Below, piece after piece: positions 59,550-64,000 of a stretch of 64,000 nt of DNA. Location of the stretch: positions 40,225,091-40,289,090 of the forward strand of contig NC_052164.1 in the NCBI RefSeq assembly GCF_902713615.1, written 5' to 3'. This DNA is from Scyliorhinus canicula (lineage: Eukaryota). Position 1 is the first letter of the stretch, and each line of letters opens with the position of its first letter. The notes under the pieces are model-generated. The model saw only the letters and a list, made by a program, of their open reading frames with translations, searched no databases and had not been told where the DNA came from. Made by a program: the position numbers and the translations under genes.

Positions 59550-62500
59550 AATAAAATCCAACCGCATGTTCAGCAGAGACTGGAATAATTTATTTAAATT
59601 GACTGTTATTTATAGAATAACAGAATTCTGTGGTGACTGACAAAGAGCAAAGAATATCTTGATGTAATTTTCTATTTGATTATTTATTCTAATTTATTAA
59701 TATTTATCGCTGCAATATTTTTATGTTGTGAAATCTTCATCATATGTGTGCTAAGCTAAATGGATGGCCATGATGTCTTTGTACAACAGATGTTAGATTT
59801 TTACGGTTGTGAACTCACAAATGTAAAGAAGGTATTTCGATAACACATTTCATACAGACTGAAACAAGAAATAGTTCTTTCAAAGCTTGACGTTTTTGAG
59901 AAGTATTATATTTTATGTCTACAGTACGTCTGGAATTACAATTCTGACAGCTTGGCTCGATGATAACACTGATTGGTGGGTCAAACCCCACTTAATTCTC
60001 ACTGGGCTCCTTATTGTAGCTGCTGAACCTCCAATCACAATTCTGCACTGGGAATGGTCCAGCCAATCCTCAGCTCTGCTTTCCCGGTTTCCTCAGTCTC
60101 AAGGGTCGGTTGCAGACAAACGACCCCTGACCTCATTCCTGTTTCAGACTCACCTTTACTTTCTGTTCACCACAAGGTCAACATTTCAATTAATTCCTCC
60201 TCATTTTAATTTATTGATATTTATCATTGTGTTGGCTTTATGTCATGGATTGCTTATGTTTTGTACAATTTATGAAAAATAAATGTTAATTTATTGATTT
60301 TTATTAAATTTTGGGAAATAAATAATATTTTTTTATAAACCTGGCAACTTTTTATACTGAATGAAAGCATATTTGTTCAAATAAATTGTTTTTGATATCA
60401 CGCATTTGCTGGAGTAATATTTATTTTTCATGGGTCTTCTCAGGGTTTCCTCAGTCTCAAGGGTGTGTTGCAGACAACCGACCCCTGACCCCATTCCTGT
60501 TTCAGATTCACCTTTACTTTCTGTTCACCACAAGGTCAACATTTCAATTAATTCCTCCTTTTCATAGAATTTACAGGGCAGAAGGAGGCCATTCAGCCCA
60601 TTGAGTCTGCACCGGCTCTTGGAAAGAGCACCCTACCCAAGGTCAACAATGCCACCCTATCCCCATAACCCAGTAACCCCACCCAACACTAAGGGCAATT
60701 TTTGGACACTAAGGACAATTTATCATGGCCAATCCACCTAACCTGTACATCTTTGGACTGTGGGAGGAACCCGAAGCACCCGGCGGAAACCCACGCACAC
60801 ACGGGGAGGATGTGCAGACTCCGCACAGACAGTGACCCAAGCCGGAATCGAACCTGGGACACTGGAGCGGTGAAGCGATGGTGCTATCCACAATCCTCAT
60901 TTTCATTTATTGATATTTATCATTGTGTTGGCTTTGTGTCATGGATTGCTAAAGTTTTGTACAATTTATGAGAAATAAATGTTAATTTATTGATTTTTAT
61001 TAAATTTTGGGAAATAAATAATATTTTTTTATAAACCTGGCAACGTTTTATACTGAATGAAAGCATATTTGTTCAAATAAATTGTTTTTGATATCACGCA
61101 CTTACTGGAGTAATATTTATTTTTCATGGGTCTTCTTCACTATAAATGTGTTATAATTGAACAAGTTAGCATTAGGATGGAAAAGGTATTAATGATTTTA
61201 GTGCACTGAAGAGTGGTGATTATCTGCTTTCACAGCTATCAAAGGAAGGAGAGGGTCTTGGAGTAGGTGAATATTGACTAGGATGGGCACACGGTGTGGA
61301 TATATCAGAACATTAGGATTGAGCTGGCGCAGAGCTGTGAGGACTTCAACAAGGTGAAGGTGATGCAATTTGCCATGGTTTACCTGGTGTGATTGTGGGT
61401 CACAATGGACTCGAAAGATTATTTTTTCAACATGCTGGAGCTGGCAGAGGCCTTCACCAGAGAGAAGAAGCTGGGACTGGTCTGAGGAGCATGATTTGGG
61501 ATTCTGCGTTTGAAGGTGGATGATTTTACAGTGTATTTATGCCTCATTTTAGTATATTTCTTTCTCTTGGGGTTTGGGCTGTAAGAACGTGGGATTGACA
61601 CATTTCTTGGCTCAGAGACAAGCTTGCTAATAATGTTGGGTTTTGGGTTTTGGGAGTGCGTCAGAAGGGAGTGGGTGGTTGTTGCTTTTAGGGAAGTAAT
61701 GCAGGGTGACGCTGGGAGGGGGTCACCTTGCTAGCGGAAGGAGACGGTGTGGCTAGTGAATGAGAGAGGAGTGGAGGAAGAGGCTGTTGGGCTAGATCAT
61801 GTGAGGCACAATCAGTCGAGCTGTTTTACTGTTTGTTTGGTAGGGGCATGGGGCCCGGTATGGTGTTCCTACAAGAAACTCACCTGTGAGTGCCGGACCA
61901 TCCAGGTTGGGGAAGCCCTGGGTGAGCCAGGTTTTCCACTCAGGGTTTGACGGATGGGTCGGGGGGGGAGTGGATTTCGGTCAGCAAAATGATTCGCTTT
62001 CAGTCGGGGACTCTGGCTGATCAGGGGATGGTTATGTGATGGTTACAGGTATGCTGGGGGGGGGGGGGGGGTCGCCATGGGCTGGTTTAGATCACTCGGC
62101 TAAATCGCTGGCTTTTAAAGCAGACCAAGCAGGCCAGCAGCACTGTTCGATTCCCATACCAGCCTCCCCGGACAGGCGCTGGAATGTGGCGACTAGGGGC
62201 TTTTCACAGTAACTTCATTGAAGCCTACTCGTGCCAATAAGTGATTTTCATTTCATTCCATGGTGTGAGTGAATGTGTATGCCCCAAATTGGAGCAATGT
62301 CAAGTCTATGGGGTGCTTGCTGGCTGCAATACCGGAGATGGACACCCACCAATTGATTTTAGGGGCGAGATTTTAATTTCGTCTTAGATCCGAAGCTGGA
62401 CTGTTCCCGATTGAGGTCACTAACCCAATCAGGAATTACAAGGGTGTTGGCTGCATTCATGGAGGAGACAACAGACAAACCCTTAGCATGGTTTAGTGAC

Positions 62501-64000
62501 TTGATTGAGCTTTAGTATCTCAAGAAGTTCAAGTTTACAGTGAGGGGGTTGTTAAATGGGTTCCACCGTAGATGACGACTCTTCATATAGTTCTTTAAGG
62601 AATGGGTCACTGCTGGCTGTTAGTGAGGTTAGGGGTGTGTGTTATTTGGGTTATATTTCTGTTACTGGGGTTATTGTTATAGAAAGGATGTGATTGCAGT
62701 AGAAAGAGTGCAGAGGAGATTCACCAGCATGTTGCATGGACAGGAGTTATGAAGCGAAGCTGGCCAGGCTGGGGTTAGTTTCCTTCGAGCAGAGAAGGCT
62801 GAGTGGAACCTGATTGAGCTGTGTAAAATTATGTGGGACATAGACAGGACAAATAGGAAGAAACGTTCCAAAATATTATTGAAAGTAGTGGTTTATTTCT
62901 TCTCTCTCTTGCGCCTCTGCTCGCTGAACTTGGATTCAAACCATCTGGGCCCACTGCATTTTCTACTTCTAGACACATGCAAAATGTAATCCTTCACTTC
63001 CTCTATTCCATTGTTTCTCACTTCAGCCTTTCATTTGGTCGTTCCATTCTACAACTCGATGGCTCATCTTTCACTTTGCTCTGCAAAGCACTGAGCTATG
63101 AGTCTGATTGTTGCCGTTTGATCACATTCGAGTATAATTTGTCTTCATTCATCTAAAAATGGTGCTAGTATTTTAGAGGATTATGTTTTACTTATTATTA
63201 TCAAATATCCCCTGTCTTTGTCCTCATTCAATTAATAAATTACCTTTGTTTTACATACAAGATGGAGAGACTTCAAAACTTTTTCTAAAGAATTTTTCTC
63301 CATATTCAAAATGTTTTTTTGGAATTATAGAGTAAGTAATCCTGTCTTGGATTCAGAGGGTGGAGGGTTCAAATGCACTTGAGAGTCATGGTTCAGACAT
63401 GACCCCTGGCTCTGAATTATGGGTTGTCATCCAACCACACATTTGTGCCCAATGATCAAGATTCTCAGCTCCCCATTGTATTATCTGGACGATTGCATAA
63501 AATCTCACTGATTTACAGGATCCTTTCAAATGTGCCTCTCAACTCAGATAAAGATGGTCATGGCCAAGAAAATAATGTACAAGTATGAATGGTTAATTTG
63601 CTTGTGACTCCTTCCTTTACTCCGCAGTGGGAGAATATGAGGTTTTGTGTCAACTAGATTAATGTCAGGTTGTCCTTCTGTTTTTTAAAATAAATTTAGA
63701 GCACACAATTCATTTTTCCAATTGAGGGGCAATTTTGCGTGGCCAATCCACCTACCCTGCACATCTTTTGGGTTGTGGGTGAAACCCACGCAAACACGGG
63801 GAGAATGTGCAAACACCACACGGACAGTGACCCAGAGCTGGGACCATGGTGGCGTGCGCCCGCAGTACTAACCACTGCGCCACCATGCTATGCTATCCAT
63901 CTGTTTTTTTAATTAATAATCTTTATTGTCACAAGTAGGCTTACATTAATATTGCAATCAAGTCGCTGTGCAGATCCCCTCGTCTCCACTTACCGGCGCC

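Larger units (their letters stand above)
600..64000. repeat. Tandem segmental duplication, unit about 23.3-23.5 kb, about 2.7 copies
   Basis: A-type exon 3 starts at 569, 23884 and 47347. B ATGs at 9788, 33006 and 56473. The same TE order recurs in each unit. Confidence 0.95.

Overview
Vertebrate genomic DNA. The SINE, LINE and Penelope repertoire looks elasmobranch, most like a catshark (inferred). The window is a tandem type I interferon (IFN) cluster on the + strand: about 2.7 copies of a 23.3-23.5 kb unit. Each unit carries an A-type IFN gene, an orphan promoter plus exon 1, and a B-type IFN gene. Full genes have 4 coding exons (132/90/240/99 nt, all phase 0) encoding 186-aa, 4-Cys proteins with a signal peptide and CAWE motif. 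A2 (22196-24330), A3 (45659-47793) and B3 (56473-59549) are intact. A1 is present only as exons 3-4 (569-1015). B1 has an 11-nt exon 1 frameshift. B2 has 1-nt indels that look like consensus errors. Main observations: (i) a splice-competent orphan exon 1 with its own promoter about 3 kb upstream of each B gene, a candidate alternative first exon; (ii) an inverted IRF/NF-kB cassette matching the IFN-beta PRDI/PRDII junction; (iii) a probable unequal-crossover breakpoint inside exon 3, implying hybrid IFN genes; (iv) homogenised exon 1 versus divergent exon 2; (v) a minisatellite between a distal motif cluster and the proximal promoter; (vi) Penelope-derived minimal hammerhead ribozyme motifs. 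Everything was read by eye; repeat boundaries are approximate.
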